Assembly (NCBI GenBank): GCA_016285345.1
Contig: JAEEQN010000002.1
Coordinates: 18,290-82,289, forward strand
Reading direction: 5' to 3'
Length of the DNA: 64,000 bases
From: Victivallales bacterium
GTDB lineage: Bacteria; Verrucomicrobiota; Lentisphaeria; Victivallales; UBA1829
Part shown: one piece after another, positions 26,933-36,649 of the stretch
How the letters are laid out: every line of letters starts with the position of its first letter
Position numbering within the stretch: position 1 is the stretch's first letter
Translations under genes and position numbers: made by a program
The notes under the pieces: generated by a model
Databases searched by the model: none
What the model saw: the letters and a program-made list of their open reading frames with translations, nothing else
Told to the model about the DNA's origin: nothing

Positions 26933-28741
26933 ATGATTACCACAGCCGCTCAACTTCGCGAAAAGTACCTGCAATTCTTCCAGTCCAAGGGCCACGCGGT
27001 CATCCGCAGCGCCTCCCTGGTGCCGGACAACGACCCGACCGTGCTCTTCACGACCGCCGGGATGCACCCGCTGGTGCCGTATCTCCTCGGCGAAAAACAC
27101 CCGCAGGGGACCCGCCTCACCGACGTCCAGAAGTGCATCCGCACGGGCGACATCGACGACGTCGGCGACGCCGTACACCTCACGTTCTTCGAGATGCTGG
27201 GCAACTGGTCCCTCGGCGACTACTTCAAGAAAGAGGCGATCGCGTTCAGCTACGAATTCCTGACTTCGCCCGACTACCTCGGATTCCCGCTCGAAATGCT
27301 CGGGTTCACCGTGTTCGCGGGCGACGAGGACGCCCCGTTCGACGAGGAGGCCTACAACGAATGGCGCAACCACGGCGTGAGCGAGAAACGCATCGCCAAG
27401 CTTCCGAAAAAGGATAACTGGTGGGGACCCGCCGGCATCACCGGCCCGTGCGGACCCGACACCGAATTCTTCTACTGGACCGGCCCGAAGCCCGCGCCCG
27501 AAGTCTTCGATCCCTCCGACAAGCGCTGGGTCGAGATCTGGAACAACGTCTTCATGCAGTATTTCAAGCAGGCGGACGGCACGTTCACCCCGCTGGCGCA
27601 GAAGAACGTCGACACGGGCATGGGCCTCGAACGTGTGACCGCGATCCTGCAGGGCAAGGACAACTGCTACGAGACCGAGCTCTTCACCCCGATCTTCGCC
27701 AAGCTCGACGAGATCCGCGGCGCAACGCATGAGCCCGGCACGCCCAGGACCGCGCCCGAACGCATCGTGGCCGACCACATCCGCGCCGCCGTGTTCATCA
27801 TCGCCGACGGCGTCGTGCCCGACAAGAACGGCCGCGAGTATGTGCTCCGCCGCATCATCCGCCGCGCCATCCGCGAGGGCAGCAACAACCTCGGCATCAA
27901 GGAGGCGTTCACCGCGAAGATCGCCGAAGTCGTGATCTCCGTCATGGGCGGGTTCTACCCCGAACTGAACGCCCAGCGCGAGACGATCCTTTCCGAGCTC
28001 AACCGCGAGGAGGAGACGTTCCAGCGCACGCTCGAACGCGGCACCCGCGAGTTCGAGAAGATGGTGGCCCGCGTGCCGGACTTCGTGACGAACAAGGTCA
28101 TTTCCGGCAAGAACGCGTTCAACCTGTACGAGACCTACGGATTCCCGATCGAGCTCACCGTGGAGATGGCGAAGGAAAAGAACTTCACCGTCGACATGAA
28201 GGGCTACGAGGAAGCCCGCCAGAAGCACATCGCCGACTCCCAGACCGCCGAAAAGGGCCAGAACAAGGGCGGACTCGCCGACCATTCCGAGGCGTCCGCC
28301 GAGCTCCACACCGCCACGCATCTGCTCCACAAGGCGCTCCGCCTCGTGCTCGGCGACCATGTGGCGCAGAAGGGCTCCAACATCGACGGCATCCGCCTCC
28401 GCTTCGACTTCTCCCACCCCGAAAAGATGACGCCGGAACAGATCGCCGAGGTCGAACGCATCGTGAACGAGCAGATCAAGGCCGACCTCCCGGTCGTCTG
28501 CCGCGAGATGTCCCCCGACGCCGCCCGCGCCGAGGGCGCCATCGGCCTCTTCGGCAACAAGTACGGCGACATCGTGAAAGTCTACAGCATGGGCGATTTC
28601 TCCAAGGAGATCTGCGGCGGTCCGCACGCCACGCACACCGGCGCGCTCGGCGGCTTCAAGATCATGAAGGAGGAAAGCTCCAGCCGCGGCGTCCGCCGCA
28701 TCAAGGCCGTGCTCGTCAAGGACGGCGCTGAACAGAAATAA
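26933..28741 (+). CDS. alaS: Alanine--tRNA ligase, short form (catalytic, tRNA-recognition and editing domains; no C-Ala domain)
   Basis: REKYLQFFQSKGHAVIRSASLVPDNDPTVLFTTAGM and FFEMLGNWSLGDYFK are class II AlaRS motifs. Editing-domain HxxxH (HTATHLLH) and CGGPH are present. The ORF ends at 602 aa. Confidence 0.9.
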   Translation: MITTAAQLREKYLQFFQSKGHAVIRSASLVPDNDPTVLFTTAGMHPLVPYLLGEKHPQGTRLTDVQKCIRTGDIDDVGDAVHLTFFEMLGNWSLGDYFKKEAIAFSYEFLTSPDYLGFPLEMLGFTVFAGDEDAPFDEEAYNEWRNHGVSEKRIAKLPKKDNWWGPAGITGPCGPDTEFFYWTGPKPAPEVFDPSDKRWVEIWNNVFMQYFKQADGTFTPLAQKNVDTGMGLERVTAILQGKDNCYETELFTPIFAKLDEIRGATHEPGTPRTAPERIVADHIRAAVFIIADGVVPDKNGREYVLRRIIRRAIREGSNNLGIKEAFTAKIAEVVISVMGGFYPELNAQRETILSELNREEETFQRTLERGTREFEKMVARVPDFVTNKVISGKNAFNLYETYGFPIELTVEMAKEKNFTVDMKGYEEARQKHIADSQTAEKGQNKGGLADHSEASAELHTATHLLHKALRLVLGDHVAQKGSNIDGIRLRFDFSHPEKMTPEQIAEVERIVNEQIKADLPVVCREMSPDAARAEGAIGLFGNKYGDIVKVYSMGDFSKEICGGPHATHTGALGGFKIMKEESSSRGVRRIKAVLVKDGAEQK

Positions 28742-28753
28742 GGAGACCCGACC

Positions 28754-29254
28754 ATGGAAAAAGGCGAAGTTTTCATTTCCGAAAAGGACGGGATCACGTT
28801 CATCCGCGCGAAAGGCAACGCCTCGTTCGTCTGCGCCCCGCCGCTCCGTGAGCTCGCGAAAAAGCTCGCCGCGGAACCGTTCGGCGGCCTGAAGATCGAC
28901 CTGGAGGAATGCACCTGGATGGACAGCACGTTCATGGGCATGCTCGCCATGCTCGGCCTGAACGCGAAAAAGAAGAACGTCCCGGCCGAGATCTGGAACG
29001 CATCCGAACAGAACGAAAAACTGCTCTGCGGCCTTGGCCTGAAGAAGGTCTTCGCGTTCCAGAACGGCGAGTTCGGCGATGCGGACAACGCGGCGGCGGC
29101 ATCCAATGCCACGACCGCGGAAAGCAATGCCCGGAACGTGCTCGACGCCCACCAGACGCTGATGGACATCGACGAGGGCAACGTTCAGAAATTCGAGAAG
29201 GTCGTCGAGTTCGTCAAGAAAGACATCGACAGAATGGAACAGAAGAAGGACTGA
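28754..29254 (+). CDS. STAS-like domain protein
   Basis: LKIDLEECTWMDSTFMGMLAML...NASEQNEKLLCGLGLKKVF follows the STAS fold pattern. 166 aa with an extra C-terminal tail. Confidence 0.55.
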   Translation: MEKGEVFISEKDGITFIRAKGNASFVCAPPLRELAKKLAAEPFGGLKIDLEECTWMDSTFMGMLAMLGLNAKKKNVPAEIWNASEQNEKLLCGLGLKKVFAFQNGEFGDADNAAAASNATTAESNARNVLDAHQTLMDIDEGNVQKFEKVVEFVKKDIDRMEQKKD

Positions 29255-29306
29255 GGCGGATTCCTCATTTCCGTATTAGCCCGAACCGAACAGGATTACG
29301 CCCGAA

Positions 29307-30695
29307 ATGGCAGAGCGCATTGAAACCGACAGCATGGGACCGATCGCCGTCCCCGCCGAACACTACTGGGGCGCGCAGACGCAGCGTTCCCTGATCCATT
29401 TCAACATCGGGGACGACCTGATCCCGCGCGAGGTAATCCGCGGATTCGCCGTCCTGAAAAAGGCGTGCGCCCTCGCCAACCGCGGCCTCGGCAAGCTCGA
29501 TCCCGCCCTGGCCGACGCGATCTGCGCCGCCTGCGACGAGATCCTCGCCGGGAAGTTCGACGGCGAATTCCCGCTGAAAGTCTGGATGACCGGAAGCGGC
29601 ACGCAGTCCAACATGAACGTGAACGAGGTCATCTCCAACCGCGCGAACGAACTGCTCGGCGGCGAACGCGGCGCGAAAAAGCCCGTCCACCCGAACGACC
29701 ACGTCAACAAATCCCAGTCGTCCAACGATACGTTCCCGGCGGCCATGCACATCGCCGCCGCCTGCGCCCTTGTGCGGACGCTTCTGCCCGCCGTCCGCGA
29801 GCTCCGCGACGCCGTCGCGAAGAAGGAAGCCGAGTTCGCCGACATCGTGAAGATCGGCCGTACGCACCTTCAGGACGCCGTGCCTCTTACGCTCGGACAG
29901 GAATTCTCCGGCTACCGCGCCCAGCTCGACGCCGCGCTCGCGCGCATCGAAGGCGTCCTGCCGGAACTCTATGAACTCGCGCTCGGCGGAACCGCCGTCG
30001 GGACCGGCCTCAACGCGCCGGAAGGCTTCGCCGAAGCCGCCGCGAAGGAGATCGCCGCCCTGACCGGACTGCCGTTCGTCTCCGGCCGCAACAAGTTCGC
30101 GCTCCTCGCCGGACACGACGCGATCGCCGCCGCCAGCGGCACGCTCCGCACGCTCGCCTGTGCCCTCATGAAAATGGCGAACGACATCCGGTGGCTTGCC
30201 AGCGGTCCGCGCTGCGGCCTCGGCGAGCTGATCCTCCCTGAAAACGAGCCCGGCTCGTCCATCATGCCCGGCAAGGTGAACCCGACCCAGTGCGAGGCGA
30301 TGACCATGGTCTGCGTGCAGGTGATCGGACTTGATACGGCGGTCGCCATGGCGGGGACGCAGGGCAATTTCGAGCTGAACGTCTTCAAGCCCGTGATGAT
30401 CTTCGACCTGCTGACCGAGATCCGCCTTATCGCGGATTCCTGCCGCTCGTTCACGAAATACGCACTCGACGGCCTCCGCGCCGACACCGTCCGCATCGGC
30501 GAACTCCTGAACCGTTCCCTGATGCTCGTGACCGCGCTGTCGCCCGTCATCGGCTACGACAACGCCGCCGCGATCGCGAAGACCGCCCACAAGAAAGGCC
30601 TCACGCTGAAGGAAGCCGCGCTCGCCAGCGGGCTCATCGACGAAGCCGCGTTCGACGCCGCCGTCCGCCCGGAAAAGATGGTCGGCAGGAAGTAA
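29307..30695 (+). CDS. fumC: Class II fumarate hydratase
   Basis: The [17 protein letters not shown] signature is present, along with an N-terminus typical of FumC ([22 protein letters not shown]). Confidence 0.93.
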   Translation: MAERIETDSMGPIAVPAEHYWGAQTQRSLIHFNIGDDLIPREVIRGFAVLKKACALANRGLGKLDPALADAICAACDEILAGKFDGEFPLKVWMTGSGTQSNMNVNEVISNRANELLGGERGAKKPVHPNDHVNKSQSSNDTFPAAMHIAAACALVRTLLPAVRELRDAVAKKEAEFADIVKIGRTHLQDAVPLTLGQEFSGYRAQLDAALARIEGVLPELYELALGGTAVGTGLNAPEGFAEAAAKEIAALTGLPFVSGRNKFALLAGHDAIAAASGTLRTLACALMKMANDIRWLASGPRCGLGELILPENEPGSSIMPGKVNPTQCEAMTMVCVQVIGLDTAVAMAGTQGNFELNVFKPVMIFDLLTEIRLIADSCRSFTKYALDGLRADTVRIGELLNRSLMLVTALSPVIGYDNAAAIAKTAHKKGLTLKEAALASGLIDEAAFDAAVRPEKMVGRK

Positions 30696-30913
30696 AAGAC
30701 TTTTTTCGTGCGCGAGCGTCAGCCGCGCACTATGACAGTGGAGGACTTCTCCTCCGGGGCCGCCGGATCGACCGACGGTCCCGTTTCTTTTTACCTTGAC
30801 TCAAACTTTCCCGAAACAAGGAATGGAACAATAGAATTGATCTCAGGTCGCAGAAGAAATCAGTTTTATTTTACTAAATAACTAAAATTCAGAAAAAAGG
30901 TCCAAGTTTTTTC

Positions 30914-30942
30914 TTGATGTTTCTGTTGAGTAGTGATATATT
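30914..30942 (+). promoter_or_regulatory. Candidate sigma70 promoter for the Sel1-repeat gene
   Basis: TTGATG (30914-30919), 17 nt spacer, extended -10 TGaTATATT (30934-30942). Confidence 0.45.
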
Positions 30943-30984
30943 ATTATTCTTACAAAAGCCCTTATGCCACACAAGGAGATTGTC

Positions 30985-33900
30985 ATGAAACCTTTCAGCC
31001 GCGTGCTTTTTTTGTTCTCCATCGTTATTGCCGCTTCGTTTTCAGCATGCTCCGACAGCACGTCAGAAGATCCCGGTCAGAATATAAACGAGCTCCGGAA
31101 AGCCGCCGAACAGGGCGAAGCCAGGGCGCAATGCGATCTCGCAGCATGCTATTACTACGGCGATGGCGTCGAACAGGACAAGGCCGAGGCTGTGAAATGG
31201 ATGCGCATGGCTGCCGAACAGGGTTTTCCCAAGGCGCAATGCGATCTCGGCATCCTCTATGCAAAAGGCAATGGCGTTGAACAGGACTATGCCGAGGCGG
31301 CGAAATGGTTCCGAAAAGCAGCCGAACAGGGCGAAGCCGGGGCACAATACTTTCTCGGCAGTTGCTATTACGATGGCAAGGGCGTTGAACAAAACTATGC
31401 CGAGGCGGTGAAATGGTTCCGCAAAGCCGCGGCATACGAGATCGCCGCGGCACAAAGCGTTCTCGGCTTTTGCTATTACAAAGGCGATGGCGTCGAAAAG
31501 GACTGTGCTGAGGCGGTGAAATGGTTCCGCAAAGCCGCGGAACAGGGCGATGTCCAGGCGCAATTCAATCTCGCCACCTGCTATTACTACGGCGAAGGCG
31601 TCAAACAGGACGATGCCAAGGCGGCAGAATGGTACCGCAAAGCCGCGGAACAGGGCGATGTTCAGGCGCAAAACAATCTCGCAGCATGCTATTTCCACGG
31701 CACGGGCATCGAACAGGACATAACAGAAGCCGTGAAATGGTCCCGCAAAGCTGCCGAACAGGGCCATGTCCAGGCGTTATGCGATCTCGGCTTCTACTAT
31801 GAAACCGGCAGGGGCGTTGAACAGGACTATGCCGAGGCGGTGAAATGGTACCGCATAGCTGCGGACCAAGGCAATGCCAAGGCACAATGCTATCTCGGCA
31901 ACTGCTATTACTATGGCAGGGGCATTGAACAAAACTATGCCGAGGCGGTGAAATGGAATCGAAAGGCCGCCGAACAAGGTTTTGCCGAGGCGCAAAACAA
32001 TCTCGGCAACTGCTATCGAAACGGCAGGGGCGTCGAACAGGAGTATGCCGAGGCAGTGAATTGGTATCGAAAAGCTGCCGAACAAGGGCTTGCCATTGCT
32101 CAAAACAATCTCGGCGCCTGCTATCTCATGGGCGATGGTGTTGAGAAAGACGAAAAAGAGGCCGCGAAATGGTTTCGAAAAGCTGCCGAACAAGGCGAAG
32201 CCATTGCTCAAAACAATCTCGGCGGCTGCTATCTCAAGGGCGATGGAGTAGAAAAAAACGCCGGGGAGGCGGTGAAATGGTTTCGCAAAGCCGCCGAACA
32301 AGGAAATGTCGACGCACAACGGCACCTCGGTTTTTGCTATGAAAACGGCGAAGGCGTCGAAAAGGACGAGGCTGAAGCCTTGAAATGGTACACCAAAGCT
32401 GCGGAACAACATTTCGCCGACGCACAATACGATCTCGCCACCAACTTAGAAAACGGCAGGGGCATCGAACAGGACTATGTCGAGGCGGTGAAATGGTATC
32501 GCAAAGTTGCTGAGCAGGGATATGCCCAGGCGCAATGCAATCTCGGCGGATGCTATTACTACGGCAGGGGCATCGAACAGGACTATGCCGAGGCGGTGAA
32601 ATGGTTCCGGAAAGCCGCGGAACAAGGGCTTGCCGAGGCACAATACAAACTCGGGGTCTGCTATCGAAACGGCAAGGGCGTCGAACAGGACAATGCCGAG
32701 GCTGTGAATTGGTATCGCAAGGCTGCCGATCAAGGGCTTGCCGACGCACAGTTCATTCTCGGCTTTTGCTATCACAACGGCGAAGGCGTCAAACAGGACG
32801 ATGCCGAGGCGGCGAAATGGTTCCGAAAAGCAGCGGATCAAGGCTATGCCCAGGCACAACACAATCTCGGTGTCTGCTATGAACAAGGCATGGGCGTCGA
32901 ACAAAACTTTGCCGAGGCGGTGAAATGGTTCCGAAAAGCCGCGGATCAAGGGCATGCCGAGGCACAAACCAGCCTCGGCCAGTACTATGGAGACGGCAGG
33001 GGCGTTGAGCAAGACTATGCCGAGGCGCTGAAATGGTATCGCAAGGCTGCCGAAAAAGGTTCTGCCGGCGCGCAATTCAGTCTCGGCAATTTCTATCACC
33101 ACGGCAAGGGCGTTGAACAGGACAATGCCGAGGCGGTGAAATGGTATCGCAAGGCTGCCGAACAAGGCTTTGGCAAGGCGCAAAACAATCTCGGCATCTG
33201 CTATGCAAAAGGCGAAGGCGTCGAACAGGACCATGCGGAAGCCGTGAAATGGTATCGCAAAGCCGCGGAACAGGGTTTTGCTCTGGCGCAAAACAATCTC
33301 GGCACCTGCTATGCAAAAGGCGAAGGCGTCGAACAGGACCATGCCGAGGCGGTGAATTGGTATCGCAAAGCTGCCGATCAAGGTCTTGCCGACGCACAAT
33401 ACAATCTCGGCCAATGCTATTACTTCGGCATGGGCGTTGAACAAAATGGTGCGGAGGCGGTGAAATGGTTCCGAAAGGCTGCCGAACAAGGGATTGCCGA
33501 CGCGCAATACAATCTCGGCCACTTCTATCACAACGGCGAAGGCGTCGAACAGGATTATGCCGAGGCGGCGAACTGGTATCGCAAAGCCGCCGAACAGGGA
33601 ATTGCCATGGCACAACACAATCTTGCGCTTTTCTATAATGATGGTACGGGCGTCAGACAGGACTATGCCGAGGCTGTGAAATGGTTTCGCAAAGCAGCCG
33701 AACAGGGAATTGCTGTCGCGCAATACAGTCTTGGTTATTGCTATGACAAAGGCAATGGCGTCGAGCAGGATCATGACGAGGCGATGAAATGGTATTACAA
33801 GGCCGCGGAACAGGGCTTTGGGCCTGCAAAAGAAGCTCTGAAAAAGATGATCTCGCAAAATCAGGAGAAAGATGCGAAAAAGCTGCAGGATGCCGCGGAA

Positions 33901-34812
33901 CAGGGCGATGCAAAGGCGCAATTTTCACTGGGTCTCCACTATCACGCGGGTATAGGCGTCAAACAGGACTATGCCGAAGCAGTAAAATGGTACCGCAAAG
34001 CCGCCGAACAGGGACTTGCCGAAGCACAATACAATCTTGGCGTCTGCTATCACGATGGTTCAGGCATTGAACAGGACTTTGCAGAGGCAGTGAAATGGTA
34101 CCGCAAAGCTGCGGAACAGGGTTTTGCCGGGGCACAATTCAATCTTGGCGGCTGTTACAAGAAAGGTACAGGCGTCAAACAGGACGATGCCGAAGCAGTA
34201 AAATGGTGGAGCAAAGCGGCGGAACAGGAATTTGCCGGGGCGCAATACAATCTTGGCGTCTGCTACGAAAACGGCGATGGTGTCGAACAGGACGATGCCA
34301 AGGCGGCGGAATGGTGGCGCAAAGCCGCGGAACAGGGCCATGCCGAGGCGCAATACAATCTTGGCATCTGCTATGAAGACGGCAAGGGCGTTGAACAAGA
34401 CTTTGCCGAGGCAGTGAAATGGTACCGCAAAGCCGCGGAACAGGGCCATGCCGAGGCGCAAGTCAGACTCGGCATCTGCTATGAAGACGGTAAGGGCGTT
34501 GAACAAGACTTTGCCGAGGCAGTGAAATGGTACCGCAAAGCCGCGGAACAGGGGCATGCCGGGGCGCAAATTATAATTGGTTCCTGTTATTCATCAGGCA
34601 GGGGCGTTGAACAGGACAAGGCTGAGGCCGTGAAATGGTTCCGCAAGGCTGCCGAACAGGGGAATGCCACGGCGCAATGCAAACTCGGCCAATGCTATCA
34701 CAACGGCGAAGGCGTCGAACAGGACGATGCCAAGGCGGCGGAATGGTACCGCAAAGCCGCGGATCAGGGCTTCGAACTGGCAAAAGAATATTTGGAGAAA
34801 ATGGAAAACTGA
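30985..34812 (+). CDS. Giant Sel1-like repeat (SLR/TPR-related) lipoprotein
   Basis: AAGGAG RBS 6 nt before ATG 30985. Lipobox FSAC. About 34 consecutive 36-aa units of consensus AEAVKWYRKAAEQGxAxAQxNLGxCYxxGxGVEQDY. The listed start at 30964 is less likely. Confidence 0.9.
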   Translation: MKPFSRVLFLFSIVIAASFSACSDSTSEDPGQNINELRKAAEQGEARAQCDLAACYYYGDGVEQDKAEAVKWMRMAAEQGFPKAQCDLGILYAKGNGVEQDYAEAAKWFRKAAEQGEAGAQYFLGSCYYDGKGVEQNYAEAVKWFRKAAAYEIAAAQSVLGFCYYKGDGVEKDCAEAVKWFRKAAEQGDVQAQFNLATCYYYGEGVKQDDAKAAEWYRKAAEQGDVQAQNNLAACYFHGTGIEQDITEAVKWSRKAAEQGHVQALCDLGFYYETGRGVEQDYAEAVKWYRIAADQGNAKAQCYLGNCYYYGRGIEQNYAEAVKWNRKAAEQGFAEAQNNLGNCYRNGRGVEQEYAEAVNWYRKAAEQGLAIAQNNLGACYLMGDGVEKDEKEAAKWFRKAAEQGEAIAQNNLGGCYLKGDGVEKNAGEAVKWFRKAAEQGNVDAQRHLGFCYENGEGVEKDEAEALKWYTKAAEQHFADAQYDLATNLENGRGIEQDYVEAVKWYRKVAEQGYAQAQCNLGGCYYYGRGIEQDYAEAVKWFRKAAEQGLAEAQYKLGVCYRNGKGVEQDNAEAVNWYRKAADQGLADAQFILGFCYHNGEGVKQDDAEAAKWFRKAADQGYAQAQHNLGVCYEQGMGVEQNFAEAVKWFRKAADQGHAEAQTSLGQYYGDGRGVEQDYAEALKWYRKAAEKGSAGAQFSLGNFYHHGKGVEQDNAEAVKWYRKAAEQGFGKAQNNLGICYAKGEGVEQDHAEAVKWYRKAAEQGFALAQNNLGTCYAKGEGVEQDHAEAVNWYRKAADQGLADAQYNLGQCYYFGMGVEQNGAEAVKWFRKAAEQGIADAQYNLGHFYHNGEGVEQDYAEAANWYRKAAEQGIAMAQHNLALFYNDGTGVRQDYAEAVKWFRKAAEQGIAVAQYSLGYCYDKGNGVEQDHDEAMKWYYKAAEQGFGPAKEALKKMISQNQEKDAKKLQDAAEQGDAKAQFSLGLHYHAGIGVKQDYAEAVKWYRKAAEQGLAEAQYNLGVCYHDGSGIEQDFAEAVKWYRKAAEQGFAGAQFNLGGCYKKGTGVKQDDAEAVKWWSKAAEQEFAGAQYNLGVCYENGDGVEQDDAKAAEWWRKAAEQGHAEAQYNLGICYEDGKGVEQDFAEAVKWYRKAAEQGHAEAQVRLGICYEDGKGVEQDFAEAVKWYRKAAEQGHAGAQIIIGSCYSSGRGVEQDKAEAVKWFRKAAEQGNATAQCKLGQCYHNGEGVEQDDAKAAEWYRKAADQGFELAKEYLEKMEN
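31080..34790 (+). repeat. Tandem 108-nt coding repeats (Sel1 units); approximate bounds
   Basis: Recurrent gccgaggcggtgaaatggt(a/t)ccg(c/a)aaagc(c/t)gc(g/c)gaacaggg strings occur at 108-nt spacing throughout the ORF. Confidence 0.85.
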
Positions 34813-34908
34813 GCGGAAGACGGCTTTAAGATCGTTCAATTTGCCTCCGGGATGGCACTCGCACCGTTCCGGAGGCTTCTTTCGTGCGCCCGGCAGGGTA
34901 CAAAAAAC

Positions 34909-34948
34909 AGCCCCCGGAACCTTCAGCAGGCCCGGGGGCTTCCTTTTC
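34909..34948. terminator. Bidirectional rho-independent terminator between the convergent Sel1 gene and metY
   Basis: AGCCCCCGG (34909-34917) pairs with CCGGGGGCT (34932-34940). It is followed by TCCTTTTC on the + strand and preceded by CAAAAAAC (a T-run on the - strand). Confidence 0.6.
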
Positions 34949-34998
34949 ACTTAACCCTAACTTTTTTTGTGCTCAAGCGAAGCTGAGCGCGCTACCCA

Positions 34999-35017
34999 CG
35001 TGGAGGGCTTGCCTTCC
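34999..35017. repeat. Third copy of the CGTGGAGGGCTTGCCYTCC hairpin motif, directly after the metY stop
   Basis: cgtggagggcttgccttcc matches 1630-1648 with one C/T difference. Confidence 0.5.
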
Positions 35018-36295
35018 TTAAATGAGCTTCAGGGCATCGTCCAGCGCGCCGATGATGTCGTCGACGTTTTCGAGGCCGATGGAGAGGCGGATGAGCTCGG
35101 GCGGAAGTCCGGCCTTGATCTGGTCCTCCTCGCTCAGCTGCGAGTGCGTCGTGCTGGCGGGGTGGATGATGAGGCTCTTGGCGTCGCCGACGTTCGCGAT
35201 GATCGTGAAGAGGGAAACGTTGTCCACGAGCTTCTGCGCGGCTTCCGCGCCGCCCTTCACGCCGAAGACGACCATGCCGTTCGCGCCGTTCGGCAGATAT
35301 TTCTGCGCCAGCGGCTGGAATCCCGGATACTTGACCCAGGCGGCCTTCGGATGGTTCTTCAGGAAGTTCGCGACCGCGAGGCCGTTTTCGCTGTGGCGCG
35401 CGGTGCGGAGCGGGAGGGATTCGAGGCCCTGGAGGAAGATCCAGGCGGCGTCCGGGGCGAGCGTCGGGCCCTGGTTGCGGAGTCCGACCGTGCGGAGGCG
35501 CAGGATGAACGCGAGCGGGTTGTTCGGGCCGAGGTCGTGCGCGAAGCGCAGTCCGTGGTAGCCGCGGTCGGGTTCGTTGTACAGGGCGAACTTCGGGTCG
35601 GTCCAGTCGAAATTGCCCGCGTCGACGACCGCGCCGCCGATGGCCGTGCCGTGTCCGCCGATCCACTTCGAGAGCGAGTGGATCACGATATTCGCGCCGT
35701 GTTCGATCGGGCGGAGCAGGGTGGGCGGCGTGAAGGTGGAGTCGACGATGAGCGGCAGGTGGTGCTTCTGCGCGATCTTCGCATAGGCTTCGATGTCGGC
35801 GATGTCGAGGCCGGGATTGCCGACTGTTTCGATGTAGATGGCGCGGGTGCGCTCGTTGATTGCGGCTTCGACGGCTGCGAAATCGTTCACGGGCGTGAAA
35901 TTGACCTTGATGCCGCTCTGGGGCAGGATGGCGTCGAACTGCGTGTAGGTGCCGCCGTAGAGGTTGTTCGCCGCCACGATCTCGTCGCCCTGTTTCGCGA
36001 TGTTCGTGATGGTGAAGTAGATCGCCGCCGTGCCGGAGGAGACGGCCAGCGCCGCCTTGCCGCCGTCGAGCGCGGCCAGACGCTGTTCGAGCACGTCCTC
36101 GGTCGGGTTCATGAGGCGGGCGTAGATGTTGCCGGTTTCGCGCAGGCCGAAGAGGTCGGCGCCGTGCTTGGAGTTGCGGAACGCGTAGGCCGTGGTGCGG
36201 TAGACCGGGACGGCGCGGGAAAGCGTGGTCGGATCGGGGACCTGTCCGGCGTGGATGGCGAGGGTTTCGATGCGGTATTGTTTGTTGTCGGCCAT
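35018..36295 (-). CDS. metY: O-acetylhomoserine sulfhydrylase (aminocarboxypropyltransferase), PLP-dependent
   Basis: YRIETLAIHAGQ...VPVYRTTAYAF...NPTEDVLEQRLAALDGG...SLSKWIGGHG (PLP lysine motif) are typical of MetY/Cys-Met metabolism enzymes. Confidence 0.9.
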   Translation of the reverse strand: MADNKQYRIETLAIHAGQVPDPTTLSRAVPVYRTTAYAFRNSKHGADLFGLRETGNIYARLMNPTEDVLEQRLAALDGGKAALAVSSGTAAIYFTITNIAKQGDEIVAANNLYGGTYTQFDAILPQSGIKVNFTPVNDFAAVEAAINERTRAIYIETVGNPGLDIADIEAYAKIAQKHHLPLIVDSTFTPPTLLRPIEHGANIVIHSLSKWIGGHGTAIGGAVVDAGNFDWTDPKFALYNEPDRGYHGLRFAHDLGPNNPLAFILRLRTVGLRNQGPTLAPDAAWIFLQGLESLPLRTARHSENGLAVANFLKNHPKAAWVKYPGFQPLAQKYLPNGANGMVVFGVKGGAEAAQKLVDNVSLFTIIANVGDAKSLIIHPASTTHSQLSEEDQIKAGLPPELIRLSIGLENVDDIIGALDDALKLI

Positions 36296-36452
36296 GGTAG
36301 TATCTCCTTATGCGAACGGAATAGGAATTGTTCGTTGGTTCGTTTTTGTGTTCAGTACGGATTTCTGCGGTTGTTGAGCGTGGGGATTACTTGATCGGAC
36401 TCCTGACAGGTTGTTTGCTTTAATCTCTATCAAAAAAGTTGTGAATTGGTTC

Positions 36453-36525
36453 AGAAAAAATCCCGGAGCGGACTCCGGAAGCGGGTCGATGTGAACTAAT
36501 ATAGCACGAAAAATGGAGAAGTCAA
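36453..36525 (-). promoter_or_regulatory. Candidate promoter followed almost immediately by an intrinsic-terminator-like hairpin, upstream of metY
   Basis: On the minus strand: TTGACT (36520-36525), 16 nt spacer, TATATT (36498-36503), then CCGGAGTCCGCTCCGG (36463-36478) followed by GATTTTTT. Confidence 0.35.
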
Positions 36526-36649
36526 GAGAAAAAGGCGATAAAATTAGTAGATTTTTTTGTTCGTGTGCGGATTTAACCTCGAATTATGCCGAAAATAAAA
36601 CGGCGGACTTGCTTTTTTGAAAAAAAGGCTGTATTGTAAGGGATGATAA

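Noticed and set aside
31080-34790. Regular 108-nt DNA periodicity that could superficially resemble a CRISPR-like array.
   Set aside because: The repeats are contiguous, with no unique spacers, and lie in one uninterrupted reading frame that translates to Sel1 units. No cas genes are nearby.
36296-36460. A SAM riboswitch upstream of metY.
   Set aside because: I could not find the conserved SAM-I core (GAGGGA...GCCC...GCAACC...AGAUGAG-type strings) or SAM-II, SAM-IV or SAM/SAH features by eye. The region is left as an unexplained leader rather than an annotated riboswitch.
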